Positions 43,799-52,416 of a stretch of 52,416 bases of DNA are shown here, one piece after another (position 1 is the stretch's first letter; each line of letters opens with the position of its first letter). The DNA is from Acidimicrobiia bacterium. GTDB taxonomy: Bacteria; Actinomycetota; Acidimicrobiia; IMCC26256; JBMOIW01. The stretch covers positions 1 to 52,416 of the forward strand of contig JBMOIW010000004.1 in the NCBI GenBank assembly GCA_049317145.1, in the 5' to 3' direction. The notes under the pieces were generated by a model. That model did no database searches. It was not told the DNA's origin and was given only the letters and a program-made list of their open reading frames with translations. The translations under genes were made by a program, and so were the position numbers.

Positions 43799-44776
43799 TT
43801 AGGGAGTGAGCACCAACTTACCGAAGGTGTCGCCCCGATCGAGCAGGTTGTAGGCGTCTTCCACTGCATCGATAGGGACGAGCGCGTCAATCACTGGGGT
43901 GAGTGAGCCATCGGCGAAGCGAGGCACGACATGGCGGGCGACCTCAGCAGTGAGCGCGATTTTTTCTTTGGTCCGTCGATTACGCAGCACCGTTCCGGCG
44001 ATAGTGAGGCGCTTATTGAGCGTTGGTCCGAGCAAGAGCGCGGCCGTGGTGCCGGCCAGCATGCCGATCAGCACGATACGGCCGCGCGAAGCAGCAGCGC
44101 GTACGTCGATGGAGAGATACGTTCCGCCGAGGAGATCGAGGGTGACGTCGATCCCGCCCACTGCGTTGACGATCGCGTCAGCGACTGCACGTCCATCGAT
44201 ATCGGGCTCGACCAAGACCCCATAATCGAGGCCGAGTTCTTGGGCTAGCTCGAGCTTGGCGGGGGTACGTGAGGTGCCCACCACGGTGGCGCCCATCATC
44301 TTGGCGAGCTGCAGTGCAGCCGTTCCGACTCCGGAGCCCACCCCGTGGATGCACACGGTTTCCCCTGGCTGTAACGATGCTTGTGCGACGAGCGCGTCGT
44401 ACGCGGTGAAAAACGCTTCGGGCACGCCACCAGCGCGTACGAGATCCAGGTTGTCGGGTACGCGCGCGCACAGTGATGCGCGCGTTAGCACCAGTTCTGA
44501 TTGTGCGCCACCACCGACAATGCCAAACACCCGGTCGCCGATTTCGAGGTTGGTGACCTCGGGTCCAACGGCGTGGACCGTGCCGGCGAATTCCAAACCC
44601 GGCACATCGGCCTCAACATCGGTGGGCGCCGGATAGAGCCCGGTGCGTTGCAAGAGATCCGCCCGGTTAATTCCGGCACCGGAAACGGTCACGACCACCT
44701 GGTCGAGAATTGGGATGGGATCGGGCCGGTCTTCGATGGCAAGTCCAGCATCGGGAGTAATCACTACGCAGCGCAC
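43799..44776 (-). CDS. NAD(P)H-quinone oxidoreductase (MDR/zeta-crystallin family)
   Basis: GINRADLLQRTGLYP, PGLEFAG, PEAFFTA, GSGVGTAA, GKLVL. Confidence 0.9.
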   Translation of the reverse strand: MRCVVITPDAGLAIEDRPDPIPILDQVVVTVSGAGINRADLLQRTGLYPAPTDVEADVPGLEFAGTVHAVGPEVTNLEIGDRVFGIVGGGAQSELVLTRASLCARVPDNLDLVRAGGVPEAFFTAYDALVAQASLQPGETVCIHGVGSGVGTAALQLAKMMGATVVGTSRTPAKLELAQELGLDYGVLVEPDIDGRAVADAIVNAVGGIDVTLDLLGGTYLSIDVRAAASRGRIVLIGMLAGTTAALLLGPTLNKRLTIAGTVLRNRRTKEKIALTAEVARHVVPRFADGSLTPVIDALVPIDAVEDAYNLLDRGDTFGKLVLTP

Positions 44777-44822
44777 AGGATCAAAGACTACCGGCGGCCC
44801 GGCGTGGGGGTAGCGTGACGCC

Positions 44823-45155
44823 GTGGCACCTACCCTTGTGCTGACCGACGGCGAGGCCCGCATCAGTGCGATCGACGACCGCGCGGTGCCGACGCTGATG
44901 CCACTCTTCGAGGCTGCCAGCGTGTCGCGCTGTCCGCAGTGTCGTAGTGGCGTGTTGGCCGCCTTGGCGGTCCTTGATGGCCTCGATGCCGCGCCCCCGC
45001 TCGAAGCGGTCACGCATATCCGCGATCTCATTGATGAAGCCCCGACGCTGCACATCTACATGGTGGATCACGGAGCGGGATGCAGTCATCGCGCGTGGCG
45101 CGATCCGGGCTTCGAGGAATGGTGCGACGCGGTGGAGAGTGTCAACCTCGTCTAA
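44823..45155 (+). CDS. Small hypothetical protein with CxxC and HGxGCxH
   Basis: Fills the intergenic gap; GTG lies 6 nt after -10-like TAGCGT. Confidence 0.6.
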   Translation: MAPTLVLTDGEARISAIDDRAVPTLMPLFEAASVSRCPQCRSGVLAALAVLDGLDAAPPLEAVTHIRDLIDEAPTLHIYMVDHGAGCSHRAWRDPGFEEWCDAVESVNLV

Positions 45156-45162
45156 GGACTTA

Positions 45163-46554
45163 CTACGACGCGTAGGCGAGGAGTGCGTCGAGCTCGGCGT
45201 GCAGGCAGCGCATGAATCGCTCAGGATCGTGAATGACCGCCGGGTCGATATTGCACCCGAGCATGCATTGATCGCAGTAGGACAACAACGTGATGTTGAG
45301 TCCGCACCCACTGCGCGGACCAATCGGGTAGCTGGCCACGATGCGCTGCCCGCCGACGTACAGCGGGATGGGACTGCCCCGAAGGTTGGAGGTAGCGAAG
45401 TCAATGGTGGCTGCCTGTTGGCGCATCATCGCCACAATGACCGGGTCGGGAAGTGGAGAGAACAGCTGCGCCAGCGAGCCCGCAGTACGGACGGCCATCT
45501 CGTTGCGTGTTGCCCGCAATCGCTCATGAATGGTCTGAAATCGCGTCCCACGTGTTCCTCCGACCGGGACCAGGACTCGCGCGGGCGCAAATGCATTGGC
45601 ATCGGGAGCGCTTTCGGCATGTGTGCTTACCGCCATTGACATGCGGAGTTCGTCGACGGGTTGTCCGAGTTCGACGTGGTAGCGCCCGAGTGCACCGGCG
45701 ACCGCAGCGACGAAGATGTCGTTGAGGCTGCCTCCTAAAGCGTGAGCTGCTTTCTTGGCGGGATCAATCGGGAACGAGGCAAGTTCGACATGACGCGCCA
45801 GTGAGGTACGTTGCATAAACGGCGATCGAGCGGTATCGCGAATGAACACCTGTCGTTGTGCGGATGCCACGAACTCACGCATCCACGCAACGTCGGTCGC
45901 AATCTGTTCGGGATGCCGGATGCGATCGACGACGCCTTCCGCGATGGTGTCGAGGGCTTTACCTACTTGTTGTATTGCCCATTCGATGCTCGCGGTCGTC
46001 GTGGTGACCGGGCTCGGAAGTGGTTCGACAACGGGTTCGGGCGCGGCTTCGGGGAACACGGTGTCGAGGGGATCGCTTGCGTTCGGGTGCGGTTCGAACT
46101 CGAGGAGCTCTAAGGACAACTTCAGACCGCCGACGCCATCGGTGATGGTGTGATGCACCTGTTGGAGCAGTGCAACGTGTCCGTCGGCGAGTCCCTCGAT
46201 CAGGGTGAACTCCCACAGTGGCCGAGAACGGTCAAGCGGCGTCGCGATGATGGAACCAACCAGGTCGAGCAGTGCGCGCTCGTCGCCTGGCGCCGGTACT
46301 GCAATCTTGCGCAGGTGATAGTTGATGTCGAACTCGGGATCCGGCGCCCATAGTGGCGGCGCGAGATCGAGCGGATCGGCAATTGCGCGCTCACGCATGC
46401 GTGGAATTGCCGCGAGCGCTTGCGCGACCTTGGTGCGAATGCGCGCTTCGTCGGGTGCGCCCTCCAGGATCACCAAGTTGGCGAAGTCGCTGCGAAACGC
46501 GGGATCGGCCTCGACCGCCCACATGATCGCCTCGGTGTTGTTCATTCGCTCCAT
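45163..46554 (-). CDS. Wax ester synthase/diacylglycerol acyltransferase (Tgs family)
   Basis: LDRSRPLWE, catalytic HHTITDG, SLNDIF, LNITLLSY; SD GAGGAGG. Confidence 0.92.
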   Translation of the reverse strand: MERMNNTEAIMWAVEADPAFRSDFANLVILEGAPDEARIRTKVAQALAAIPRMRERAIADPLDLAPPLWAPDPEFDINYHLRKIAVPAPGDERALLDLVGSIIATPLDRSRPLWEFTLIEGLADGHVALLQQVHHTITDGVGGLKLSLELLEFEPHPNASDPLDTVFPEAAPEPVVEPLPSPVTTTTASIEWAIQQVGKALDTIAEGVVDRIRHPEQIATDVAWMREFVASAQRQVFIRDTARSPFMQRTSLARHVELASFPIDPAKKAAHALGGSLNDIFVAAVAGALGRYHVELGQPVDELRMSMAVSTHAESAPDANAFAPARVLVPVGGTRGTRFQTIHERLRATRNEMAVRTAGSLAQLFSPLPDPVIVAMMRQQAATIDFATSNLRGSPIPLYVGGQRIVASYPIGPRSGCGLNITLLSYCDQCMLGCNIDPAVIHDPERFMRCLHAELDALLAYAS

Positions 46555-46582
46555 TGCCCCTCCTCGGGGTTGTGCGATGGGG

Positions 46583-47173
46583 CTAGCGCGGCACGGTCGT
46601 GTGTTTGAACTCGTTGATATTGGTGGCGTCAAGGAGCGCGATAGCGCGCTCGAGGTCGTCGAGTGCCGTGGCGCTCATGAAACGGATGAACACCGCCTCA
46701 TCGTCGCTAATGAAGGTTGGAACGCCGAACACGCTCCAGCGGTCGACGGCCTCGGTGTGTTCGTCGCGCAGGGTTGCAATTGGTTCACCGGTCGCCACCA
46801 CTCGTTCGATCGCGTCGGGTTCCAGGTCGCACGACACCGCAACATCGCGCAGCACGTTGGGATCGTTGATGTCGAGACTTGAATCGTGGCGCGCCGCATA
46901 CATCTGGACGTGCCAATTGAGAAACGCGTCCGGGAAGTGATCGCGCACGGCAATACCCCACTCGAGCGCAAGCACACCGGAACCGCGTGCGCCAGCGAGT
47001 CGGTCCCATACCGAAGGTTCGCCGACTTCGACGTGGTTTTGCGTTAGCGAAAACGCGTGAAACGCAACCGGCACCGTGATCCGCTCGGTGCGGATTGCCT
47101 CGACGAGCATGGTGTGGGCGTTGCGGGCGAATGGACAAAGGTAGTCCCAGGTGACGCGCAGGGAAGATGGCAT
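46583..47173 (-). CDS. DsbA-like thioredoxin-fold protein with one active-site Cys
   Basis: WDYLCPFAR, FSL, cis-Pro loop VFGVPTF. Confidence 0.8.
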   Translation of the reverse strand: MPSSLRVTWDYLCPFARNAHTMLVEAIRTERITVPVAFHAFSLTQNHVEVGEPSVWDRLAGARGSGVLALEWGIAVRDHFPDAFLNWHVQMYAARHDSSLDINDPNVLRDVAVSCDLEPDAIERVVATGEPIATLRDEHTEAVDRWSVFGVPTFISDDEAVFIRFMSATALDDLERAIALLDATNINEFKHTTVPR

Positions 47174-47197
47174 AGCTACTCCTCGCTTTTTTGCGAA

Positions 47198-47866
47198 TTA
47201 TTGAATGCGATATCGCTTCGTGGCCCGGACGCGTCGCGGCGTGCTTACTGGCAAGATACGTCGCGCAACGATGCCGAACACGCACCCGAGCGCTGCACCG
47301 GCAACAACGTCAGAGGCGTGGTGTAAACGTACATATACCCGGCTCGCCGCCACGGCTGCGGCAAGCCCAAAGTAAAACGGGGCGCTGCGCGCATCGGCGA
47401 GCACCACTGCGGCGGTAAATGCGGCGGTGGCGTGGCCGGAGGGGAACGAACTCGTGACCGGTCGGCGCAGGCCGTACGGAAGCGGGCCGTCTTGCTCGCC
47501 CGGTTCTGCTTGCGTGCCAGGGCCATCGGTCGGACGGACGCGACGGAACCAGGATTTGATGACCCCATTGGTGAGTGCGCTTTCGGCCCCAAGGATGAGG
47601 CCGAGTCGACGCGCATTGCGGGTATCGCCGGTACGCAGTGCGCGCCACGCGCCGAGCGCATGCCATAACACTGAATGGTCGGCGGCGCTGGAAAGCGGAT
47701 ACATGATGCGATCGAGGGCAGGGGAGCGCACATGATCGACGAAGGCATCGGCCCGCGCGTCGAGGCGTTGTGTCCACCTGCGCAAGGAATCGGTTGCGGG
47801 TGCATCGTCGGCCCCGGTAAAGGGGTCCGGAGCAACACCGTTCATCGAGGAATCGTCAGTAGCCAT
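47198..47866 (-). CDS. PAP2-family phosphatase
   Basis: KSWFRRVRP, SFPSGH, SRVYVRLHHASDV. Confidence 0.88.
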   Translation of the reverse strand: MATDDSSMNGVAPDPFTGADDAPATDSLRRWTQRLDARADAFVDHVRSPALDRIMYPLSSAADHSVLWHALGAWRALRTGDTRNARRLGLILGAESALTNGVIKSWFRRVRPTDGPGTQAEPGEQDGPLPYGLRRPVTSSFPSGHATAAFTAAVVLADARSAPFYFGLAAAVAASRVYVRLHHASDVVAGAALGCVFGIVARRILPVSTPRRVRATKRYRIQ

Positions 47867-47879
47867 AGGTCCTATCCGA

Positions 47880-48680
47880 TCAGCTCGCACTGGTGGTTGG
47901 CAATCCGGCGGCAGTGTCGGCCATTGCTGGACACATGGACCGGAACGCACACCATGAGCAGAGCTTGCCCGGCTTCGGGCGGAAGTCGTCGCGCGAACAC
48001 GCACGCTCGACGGCGGTCCAGACCGCGCCGGTCTTTGCCTCGACGCCCCGGAGCCGTTGGTCGGTGGGTGCAGCAACGATCGCGGCAGGTTGCGAGAGAT
48101 ACAGAAGTTGGACGCGGGCGGGGCGGGCGCCGAAAACGCGCTCACACAACATCGCGTATAGCTGGACGCCGGTGAGCTTCGCCTGTTCGTACTGCGCGCG
48201 CGGTACCGCACCGGTCTTGTAGTCGGTGATGACCAAATTGCCGTCGGTGTCGAGCTCGAGACGATCGATGATGCCGCGCACGCGCGTGCCGCCAATGGTC
48301 GCTTGCAGTTTGAGTTCAAGACCGATCGGACGAATCGCCGTCGGATCTTCGAGCTGGAAATACTGCATGACGAGCCGGCGCGCGTCATTGTGAAACTGCT
48401 CCCACGCAGATTCGTCCAACGTGAGGCCAGTGAAGTTCGGATCGTCAGCGAGTTCGGTTTGAGCGGTCTCGAGATCGAAGAGCGCGTGCTCGATCGTGCG
48501 GTGCTGGGGTGCGCGTGTCATGAGGAGCTCGAGCGCGCGATGCACCAGGGTTCCCTTGCTTGCAGCAACGGTCGGCGGTTGCGGCAGTCGATCGATGTAG
48601 GCGAATCGGAACGCGAGGGGACAGTCAGTGAACGCGCTGAGCGCACTCGGGGAAAGCGACCGGGGTGGAGTGAGCACCAT
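47880..48680 (-). CDS. RecB-family PD-(D/E)xK exonuclease with four Cys (possible Fe-S cluster)
   Basis: SLSPS, DCPLAFRF, GTLVH, GIIDRLE, ITDYKTG, QLYA, C-terminal CSWCAFRSMC. Confidence 0.88.
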   Translation of the reverse strand: MVLTPPRSLSPSALSAFTDCPLAFRFAYIDRLPQPPTVAASKGTLVHRALELLMTRAPQHRTIEHALFDLETAQTELADDPNFTGLTLDESAWEQFHNDARRLVMQYFQLEDPTAIRPIGLELKLQATIGGTRVRGIIDRLELDTDGNLVITDYKTGAVPRAQYEQAKLTGVQLYAMLCERVFGARPARVQLLYLSQPAAIVAAPTDQRLRGVEAKTGAVWTAVERACSRDDFRPKPGKLCSWCAFRSMCPAMADTAAGLPTTSAS

Positions 48681-48741
48681 TGCCGCAGGGTACTCCGGTG
48701 CAGTGACCGGTGGGCTCGGCGCAGGTGGTCGGCGTCTCTCC

Positions 48742-49632
48742 TCAGTGCGAGTCGTCGTTCGCCAGCAGGTTTGCACGCAGCGCGCGAATACAGCGGTCCG
48801 GGTCTTCGAGCGGGCCGAAATGTCCGGCGCCGGTCCAGATGTCGAGCGTCCCGTGGGGGAGGCGTTCGACGAGCTTGCGCGCCATCGCTGGCGTTAGCGC
48901 GTCGGTGTGTTCTCCACATGCAATCGTGGTCGGCGTCGTCAGCGATGCCAAACGGGCGTACGCATCGTGTTGGATTCCCATTTGATACATCGCGGCTTCG
49001 TCTTCGGGCGTGCATTTCAGCACCCAAGTTCCGTCGTCAGCTTCGCGGAGTCCGTGCTCAACGTACGCGTGCATTGCTTCGGGGTGCAGCGCGTTTAGCG
49101 GCGGTTTCGCGCGGTAGGTCTCCTCCGCTTCTGCGGGGGATGCCCAGGTGTTTCGACGTTTGCGTGCCGCAACGCTCAACGGAATTTCGGTATCGGAGGG
49201 CGGCGGAGCGTCGAGTGGAAACACGATGGGTTCGTAACACCAGAGGCGCGCAAACGTCCCGGGTGCATTGAGTTCGGCGAGCATGCTCGCAGCGCCGCCC
49301 TTCGAGAGACCGACCCCGAGCCCGCGAGGGTTCCCCGGAAGGTCGATGGCGCGGGCAACCGTCAGGACGTCGATTGCGAAATTCGACCACTCGTAGCGTT
49401 TGGGTGTGGGGTCGCTGTCGCCGTGGCCACGAAAGTCGAGCGCTACGGGCCGTACGCCCGCGGCGCTCAGGCGCACTGCTACGGGTTCCCAGGCCCGGCC
49501 GTGGAACCCGGTCGCGTGGGCGAGGAGCACGACGCTGGCGTGCGCTGGTGCTGGCCATTCGTAGTACGCAATTCGCACGCCATCGGATGTTGTTACAAAC
49601 CGTTGCGTCGGTTCCGGAGTCATTACGGGCAT
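48742..49632 (-). CDS. Alpha/beta hydrolase
   Basis: HATGFHG, DFRGHGDS, GLSKGG nucleophile elbow, GHFGPLEDP. Confidence 0.85.
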   Translation of the reverse strand: MPVMTPEPTQRFVTTSDGVRIAYYEWPAPAHASVVLLAHATGFHGRAWEPVAVRLSAAGVRPVALDFRGHGDSDPTPKRYEWSNFAIDVLTVARAIDLPGNPRGLGVGLSKGGAASMLAELNAPGTFARLWCYEPIVFPLDAPPPSDTEIPLSVAARKRRNTWASPAEAEETYRAKPPLNALHPEAMHAYVEHGLREADDGTWVLKCTPEDEAAMYQMGIQHDAYARLASLTTPTTIACGEHTDALTPAMARKLVERLPHGTLDIWTGAGHFGPLEDPDRCIRALRANLLANDDSH

Positions 49633-49664
49633 GCTCCCACGATTGCATGCAAGGATGCGACCGC

Positions 49665-50087
49665 ATGACGACCGATGACGCTACTGCGGCCCACGACGCA
49701 AACGCTGCGTTTTACGTGGCGTTCGAGGCGCGTGATCTCGATGCAATGAGTGATTGCTGGGAGCGCTCGGATCGCGCCGCGGTGGTGCATCCCGGTTGGC
49801 CGCCGCAGCACGGTTGGGCGCGAGTACTCACTACGTGGGACGCAATCTTTTCGGGGCCAGAACCCTTGCATTGCATCGTGACTGACGAACGTGTCGAAGT
49901 TATGGGGCACGTTGCTGTGGTGACGTGCGAGGAGCAACTCCTCCAGGGGCTGCACGGCGATTCAACCGCCGACGAGTTGGCTTCTGCGCGCGTTGCGGCT
50001 ACGAATGTCTTCGTGCGCGACGGTGCCGACTGGAAGATGATCTTGCATCACGGCTCGCCGGTATATCCCGACGACCCCCGGGTCTGA
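49665..50087 (+). CDS. SnoaL/NTF2-like protein
   Basis: NAAFYVAFEARDLDAM, VHPGW, ATNVF, WKMILHHGS. Confidence 0.83.
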   Translation: MTTDDATAAHDANAAFYVAFEARDLDAMSDCWERSDRAAVVHPGWPPQHGWARVLTTWDAIFSGPEPLHCIVTDERVEVMGHVAVVTCEEQLLQGLHGDSTADELASARVAATNVFVRDGADWKMILHHGSPVYPDDPRV

Positions 50088-50139
50088 CGACCCCCGGGTC
50101 TGACGACCCCCGGGTCTGACGACCCCCGGGTCTGACGAC
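50070..50139. repeat. 16-bp tandem repeat, about 4.4 copies
   Basis: GACGACCCCCGGGTCT exact at 50070, 50086, 50102 and 50118, then partial GACGAC. Confidence 0.97.
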
Positions 50140-50765
50140 TAGGGCAGCTGCGACTGAATCCAGCGGTCGAGCGCGGGACCGCTCTCAAAGCTCGTGATGA
50201 GCGCGTAGCGCGGCTCATCCGTCGGGTTCATCACGATGTGGTACATGCGTTCACTGTCGACGACGTAACGCATCCCGCGGTGCAACGGAATTTGCACCTC
50301 AGTGCTCGGGTCGTCCTTGTCGTGACGCAGGATCATTGCGGCGCCCGGGTTGTCAGAAAGCTCGAGCCAGGTGCGCACGACCCAGCCTTCGCCATCCGGG
50401 TTCAGGCGGTTGTTGTCATCGACGTGAATCTGCTTGAGTGCCTGCTCGTAGTTCTGTGGGTTGAGTTTGATAGTGCGGACGCGCCCGTAGTTAGCGCCAA
50501 CCTGCTCGACGTAGTTGACCAGCGTCGGGCAGATTTTCGCGTTCGCCGTCCAGACGCCATCTTTGTCGGCTTTGCCGTGATCCCAAAATCCCGCGCACTC
50601 CAAGTCACCTTCAGCGGACGCAATCGGTGCGAAGTTGGTGTCACCACCACTCTTCCAATCCATGTACTCGAGTCCGAGAAACTCCTCTTCGGGAATCTCG
50701 AGTTCGCTGTCGCGCAACACGACGTAACCGTTGGGTTCGAGCACTGAGAGCTTGTTGTGAGCCAT
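50139..50765 (-). CDS. Putative Fe(II)/2-oxoglutarate oxygenase (Asp/Asn beta-hydroxylase-like cupin)
   Basis: IHVD (HxD), distal YHIVMN and PRYAL; strong GC3 bias; -10 TACACT 7 nt upstream. Confidence 0.62.
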   Translation of the reverse strand: MAHNKLSVLEPNGYVVLRDSELEIPEEEFLGLEYMDWKSGGDTNFAPIASAEGDLECAGFWDHGKADKDGVWTANAKICPTLVNYVEQVGANYGRVRTIKLNPQNYEQALKQIHVDDNNRLNPDGEGWVVRTWLELSDNPGAAMILRHDKDDPSTEVQIPLHRGMRYVVDSERMYHIVMNPTDEPRYALITSFESGPALDRWIQSQLP

Positions 50766-50814
50766 AGGCGAAAGTGTAGGACGCGCCAGTGGGGTCGCGC
50801 CGGGAGCGCAACCG

Positions 50815-52011
50815 CTATGGGTGCGGTGCGTGCGAGGGTTGTGCGTTCACAACTGCCCGGTGGCGCAGTCGGTGCACCCACCGATCCGGCGTGCCCACGA
50901 AAGCCCGGGGATAATCCTCAAACATCCACCGGGCAAATTCGCGACGGGTCCAGGCGTTCGTGTTGATGATGCGCAGCGCGATGTTGGCTCGCCGGTCGCT
51001 GCGCAAGATGTTCGATAAGCGCTGGGCGAAGCGTAGATCCCGACCCAGCTCGCGATCGACGACGCGTCGATAGCGCTGTGCCACCGGACCGGGAGCACCA
51101 GCGTCGGCGATAGCGTCAATGGCCATGGCTCCGGTTTCGAGCGCTTGGGCGATGCCTTCGCCCGTCATTGGATCAACGACATTTGCGGCATCACCGACAT
51201 AGAGCACGCGTCCGTCTACGAGCTGTGCTTGCGAGTACGAACACGGAATGGGCCAGGCGCGCGTCGCCTCTTCGGGCGTTGCGTCAGGACCGAGCACGGG
51301 TCGCAGGATTTGCATGGCACGGGCATTGAGCGTGTGGAGTGCTTTTCCGCGGTGTTCGCGCGGAACGCAAAACCCAACGTTGGCGCGCCGGTCCGGCAAC
51401 GGGAACACCCATGCGTAGCCCGGTAAGAGCGCCGGATCGAATACGACCCAAAGGTCGGTCGCGTGCACATTGCGGTGGTACTGGCGTACTGCGTGCCACG
51501 CGCCGAGGTCGCGCGTTCGCTCCGGCTCGAGGATCCGCCGCACTCGGGAGAAGTGGCCGTCGGCTGCGACGCAATAGCGCGCCCGAACCGTGAACCTGGA
51601 TTCGGTGCACACGGTCACTCCATTGGGATCTGTTGTCAGGGCAACAAGCGCGTCGTTGTAGTGCACCGGAATTCTTTGTGCTGCGATCGCATCGGTGAGG
51701 GTGGCGTCGAGCTCCTTTCGGGTGACCGTTGCGGCAAATCCAGTGGGTGTTGGCAGCGGAAGGCAGACCGAGGTGCCATCCGGCGCGACGACGTGTGCCG
51801 ATCCAACCGGCGCATGCGTTGCCAGAGCGTCGACTGCAATCCCGAGTTGGCGCAGTTGCCGCAACGCATTGGTGGTGAGCCCATCGCCGCAGGTCTTGTC
51901 GCGTCCAGGCCTTGCTTTGTCGAATACCATGACGCGCAGGCCGCGTGCCGAGGCGCGCAATGCGGCTGCGCAACCCGCCGGGCCAGCCCCGATGATGACG
52001 GCATCAAGCAT
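50815..52011 (-). CDS. Geranylgeranyl reductase-family flavoprotein (MenJ-like)
   Basis: GAGPAG, RDKTCGDGLT, ADG, GYAWVFP, ANVG, VGDAA..VDPMTGEGI. Confidence 0.87.
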   Translation of the reverse strand: MLDAVIIGAGPAGCAAALRASARGLRVMVFDKARPGRDKTCGDGLTTNALRQLRQLGIAVDALATHAPVGSAHVVAPDGTSVCLPLPTPTGFAATVTRKELDATLTDAIAAQRIPVHYNDALVALTTDPNGVTVCTESRFTVRARYCVAADGHFSRVRRILEPERTRDLGAWHAVRQYHRNVHATDLWVVFDPALLPGYAWVFPLPDRRANVGFCVPREHRGKALHTLNARAMQILRPVLGPDATPEEATRAWPIPCSYSQAQLVDGRVLYVGDAANVVDPMTGEGIAQALETGAMAIDAIADAGAPGPVAQRYRRVVDRELGRDLRFAQRLSNILRSDRRANIALRIINTNAWTRREFARWMFEDYPRAFVGTPDRWVHRLRHRAVVNAQPSHAPHP

Positions 52012-52150
52012 GAGCGCACGGTACCCGGCGCCGGCGCCACCTGCAGAATCGGTAATCCCCAACTGTTGGATGCTGGTTCGATAGCGTCGCTTCGTGATTC
52101 GCGCCGCCGGCGCGCCATGATTTTCTGATCTCGCCCCGATAGGAGAAGGC

Positions 52151-52416
52151 ATGAACATCGTTGTCTGCGTGAAGCAGATCCCGGACCCTGCAGTCCCGGG
52201 CGCGATGGATCCGCAAACCAATACCCTGGTGCGATCGGGCAAGCTCATTCTTGACGAGTCCGATAGCTATGGCGTTGAGATGGCGCTCCAGCTCCGGGAC
52301 GCTGCTGGTGGAGGCGAAGTCATCCTCGTTTCGCTGGCCCCCAACGACGAAGTCTCGGGGTTGCGCACGGCACTCGCGATGGGCGCGGACCGGGCAATTT
52401 TGGTGTCGGATCCGGC
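52151..52416 (+). CDS. etfB: Electron transfer flavoprotein beta subunit, partial (runs off window end)
   Basis: SD AGGAG; MNIVVCVKQIPDP...LRTALAMGADRAILVSD. Not in the ORF track. Confidence 0.92.
   Translation, partial: MNIVVCVKQIPDPAVPGAMDPQTNTLVRSGKLILDESDSYGVEMALQLRDAAGGGEVILVSLAPNDEVSGLRTALAMGADRAILVSDP

Noticed and set aside
47880-48680. Cas4-like nuclease as a sign of CRISPR-Cas
   Set aside because: No cas1/cas2 or repeat-spacer array in the window; solo RecB-family nucleases of this type are common in actinobacteria.
50070-50139. Mini CRISPR array
   Set aside because: Units are 16 bp and contiguous, with no spacers.

Overview
High-GC actinobacterial chromosomal segment; gene content and the GYWLVAADGGVF repeat protein suggest class Acidimicrobiia (inference). 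In order: greA 5' end; an Ile/Val leader-peptide attenuator ahead of leuB-ilvE-cimA; mazG-like; gltX with tRNA-Gln(CTG) and tRNA-Glu(CTC); about 1.1 kb with no credible gene; a stand-alone Lys/Ala-rich histone H1-like gene; cofC, plsC, gpsA; GH38 mannosidase; amt; PimC-like glycosyltransferase with a hydrolase carrying Cys at the nucleophile position; SGNH hydrolase; rnhB; a LexA-boxed imuA'-imuB-dnaE2 mutasome; a PilZ protein; a DosS/DosR-like cluster (P-type ATPase, Hsp20, two USPs, HAD-GH65 fusion); VanW; lipid and mycothiol genes; a RecB-family nuclease; a 16-bp tandem repeat; etfB 5' end. No CRISPR array, integrase, transposase or prophage was seen. The best novelty candidate is 7268-8005. 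At the position where actinobacteria usually carry hupB (HU plus Lys-rich tail), only the tail survives as its own gene. It is preceded by an apparently decayed HU domain that can also be folded into a run of hairpins. All homology calls come from motifs recognised by eye; no searches were run. Several starts were moved from the ORF track using RBS or -10 evidence.
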